Positions 60,685-64,000 of a stretch of DNA of 64,000 nucleotides are shown here, one piece after another. A program made the position numbers and the translations under genes. Source of the stretch: the human T2T-CHM13v2.0 reference genome, Homo sapiens. The stretch lies in NCBI RefSeq assembly GCF_009914755.1, contig NC_060931.1; one strand, written 5' to 3'. The notes below the pieces were generated by a model, which ran no database searches, had not been told where the DNA came from, and saw nothing but the letters and a program-made list of their open reading frames with translations. Each line of letters begins with the position of its first letter. The first letter of the stretch is position 1.

Positions 60685-62925
60685 TACTTTCAATGAATGT
60701 TTTATAAGAAAAGGGATTAAGATTACAGACCCTCTAAGACATAATGAGTACATTTTCTAATCCTTTTACTTTTTCAATATGTTTAGCAAGCAATACAGTC
60801 TTGTCATAAGAGATATCCTCAGGATCCACAGAAAAAAGTTTGCTTTGCTTGAATTGTTTAATTTAATTAAAATCAACAAACATACTGAGCGTGTTAAAAT
60901 GGAAAGGCACTGTGCTGTGGTATATGGTGACTGCAATTGTTTTTCCTCTAATAAATATATTAGATATTCCTTACCCAATACATAAAAAATGATTACATGA
61001 TAAAATGTTATTTTATTTGAGGAGACAATTACTATTTTAATTAAAAATAGATAAGGCCAGAATAAATATATAGTTTATAGCACAAATTATTTTCCTTATT
61101 ATTTCCTGACAGTAGAAAGCCATCACTCTTGCACTCTTGTTAGCATTATTTTTCACTTTATCTTGGATAGATTGATATAATTTCAATGAGTTAGATGCTA
61201 TTGAAAAGCTCAGTGTTTTTCTTCTGGTCCTGGGCTGTACAGCATTTTTAATAATATCCACATGTACCACTGTGTAAATCATGCTTATGTGTAATACTAC
61301 TATAGAAGGCATTTTTCTTTTCCTCACTGGTTGAGAATTTTTTCCCATTGGTTTTTCTTGGCTTTTTCTTTTCATTTTAAATGAAACCAACCCCAATAAT
61401 TCAGTTATAATAGAAAAGACTAAAAAATTTAAGGCTTAAAAGAAATTAGTTTTTAGACAATGGTAAATGTTAATAAAATTAGACATTTCTTTTTCTGACA
61501 CTATAAATTTTCCAGGATATTAATGTTCACTGCTATGTGGTGTTCTATATTTTCAGTAATGTGAGTAGTTTCATAGTCTGGAAGAAGATTTGTATTATGA
61601 TCAAATTCTTGAGCCTACCTACAAAGGCACATTTTAATATCTGTGCTCTCAAAAGTCACAGGATAAAAATCTGTTAAACCCAGGAATACTGATAATATGT
61701 TTGAAACTATAACTAGAATGAAGTTTTATAATTCAAGAACTATGTGTGTAAATCATCAGGATTTTGCCATTAATAATCATTAAGCATCACGTTACTTAGA
61801 TAAAGTCATATTGTGATCTATATAACTAATAATAAATGGTATTTTCTTAGGTATCTCAAAAACCGATATAATTTTTCCTCATTTCTCTTGAAAGCCCATC
61901 AGATATTCTTTAGCAGAGAGAAAATTAATAGAAATTTCCTTTAAATTCAGTAATATAATTCTAAAAGTTAACAAATTCCCCCCCAAATGTCATTCTAAAC
62001 AAAAATTAATACTATACTTACAATAAACAATGAAAATGGCATGACATTTACAAAGACTGACATAAAATGTTTTCATTATCAAGATGCTGAAATCAAGGAA
62101 TATATGTACAGCTAAGACAAACTTGTATTCAATCTATCAAGATTTTTAGAATGACTTACACGGTAAGCTCTATGTCAGCATCTGGGGAACCAAAGTCCCT
62201 TAAGGCATAGTCCCCATACTTGAGAAGCTCAGTCTCTCTAGGGCAACATCCACCCCTTTTCAGAGAAAAATTCTCTATGAAGTGGTAAATGCTATAATGG
62301 AAACACAAAGTAGGGTGGAAACTCAAGGGATAGGGGGAACAAATGAGCATCAGAGCGTGGATCCTGGTTTTAACTTTTTCATTGTGCTGTGTTTGTGTGT
62401 GCATGTGCATGCATCCCGGTCACATATATCTGACATTATGTAAAATTTAATCTAAATTGATACAATGTCTAGCCACACAAGTCCGAAATTAATAGTGCAC
62501 ACAGTTGAAACAGGCCCATAGATACTGTACACATAATCATGTATAATATGATCAAATGTTAAAAGCAATAATCAGAAACATTTTCAACAAAGCTGACAGG
62601 ATATTTAAGTGGTAAATTAAGCAGACACAGTTTGTAGAATTTAAAAATTACTACTAAGATTTGTACTTCCAGAATAACTAAAGGTAATTCATTAGAAAAA
62701 AATTATGAAAATAAATTTTCTTTTGCTCACACTTAGTATCTTCAAAAGTCTATAGATCTTTGTTAGTAATTACTAAATAACTATTAGTGATACGAAGGGT
62801 CAATACTTACATTTTTAAAGCTTACGATTAAGTAATCATAATGAAATGCTTACTTGGTACATAGAACACAGGACCTACCATGAATAGTTTGGACATAACA
62901 CAAACAAATCAAATGTGACGCTTAC

Positions 62926-62996
62926 CTCCTTGTTCACACAACTGCTGGGCTAAAGCATCTTTGAAAATAACCTGGCCCCGGTGTGTTGCTGTAGCC
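62926..62996 (-). CDS. RELN: Reelin coding exon (exon 4 by recalled numbering, 71 nt), end of the Reeler domain: (M)[23 protein letters not shown]
   Basis: Minus strand reads tttgtttccag|GGCTACAGC...GAACAAGGAG|gtaagc. The peptide is recognised as reelin and its phase is continuous with the next exon. Confidence 0.97.
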
Positions 62997-64000
62997 CTGG
63001 AAACAAATAGGAAAAGGTTAATTCAACTCTTGTAATATGTTTGGTGAAAATGTATGTTTAAAACTTTTTAAAAAGCTTATTCTTAAACTTTATTGTGTGG
63101 ATATGATATTTTTAATGAGTACATCAGAAGAGTGATATAAATAACATGGAATGAAAGCTTAAACCAAGGCACCTGGGTTGAGGACTGTCTTCTGGTTTTA
63201 CTATATAAAGACACTGTAACAGTTGTGAGCTTGTTCTGAAAACAGCAGATGTGCGTAAAGCCTATAGAATAAAAAGTATGGAGAGGAGGCTTATTAAAAT
63301 TTCTTCTTCAGGAGCCTTTGATATAAAATGTTTTGTGGAGCAATATTGATATTAGTACTGGAGAAAGAGGCTCTTAAGTTACTTTTTTTCTGAAATCAAT
63401 AGTCACCGTAACTTATAGAGTTGAGACAGAGAATTACATTTTTAAAAAGTATTTTCTTAAAAAGAGGGCTATTCAAAGCTTTCATAATAAAATCTGTCAT
63501 AACAAAATAAAATCACATGAAGGAGATTCACTATTTGAAGGAGATGTATATCTTTTACTTCTTCCAATCAAAGCTGCGTACAAGGACTGATGGAAAAAAA
63601 ATAACATCCTTGCAGCAGATGTGTTATTCAATGGCTATAATAAAAAAAGTCTTATTAAAGGAATAATTATGCTTTATATATGAAGGGTTTTCCCTTAAAA
63701 AGAATCTTTCTGGCACAAAATGTATTATTTAAACAAATTTAAAACAGAAAATCTTGTCTCTAAGAAACTTGATTTTAGAAAATAAGCCATACACAAAACT
63801 TTTTTTAATAACAAAAAAATTAGCATGAAATCTTAACTTTAGTTTTAGCCAAAACCATCCTAGGGCAAAAATAATTTGATTTAACTATCATCTGCTGAAG
63901 ATGGATTATGTACAAGGCACTGTACTAGCTCACGACAGGGCGAAGTTTAGCCTATGTATTCCCCCTTGATATGCGTGCCCTTCCTTCGGTCAACATCTTG

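Overview
Primate (human-like) genomic DNA, AT-rich and CpG-depleted. The whole window lies inside the reelin gene RELN on the minus strand. Five GT-AG coding exons (62996-62926, 39599-39567, 35889-35811, 14600-14504, 9571-9520; 71/33/79/97/52 nt) splice into one open frame: (M)[110 protein letters not shown](G). From recall these are exons 4-8, about aa 158-269. None appears in the ORF track. The rest is intron filled with transposons. The most notable are: a near full-length L1PA4-like LINE-1 whose 5'UTR lacks an intron precisely (a spliced integrated element, SpIRE97/622-type); a 5'-inverted (twin-primed) L1PA2-like insertion; an AluY nested in an AluY; a Charlie-type hAT transposase fossil plus its MER33-like derivative; THE1/MST/MLT/ERV1 solo LTRs; an Alu tail turned into a ~380-bp compound pyrimidine repeat; and several unexplained local duplications. 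Repeat subfamily names come from recalled consensus sequences, not from a search. I found no convincing evidence of a wholly new biological system. The best leads are unusual instances of known retrotransposon mechanisms and possible splicing or regulatory effects on RELN.
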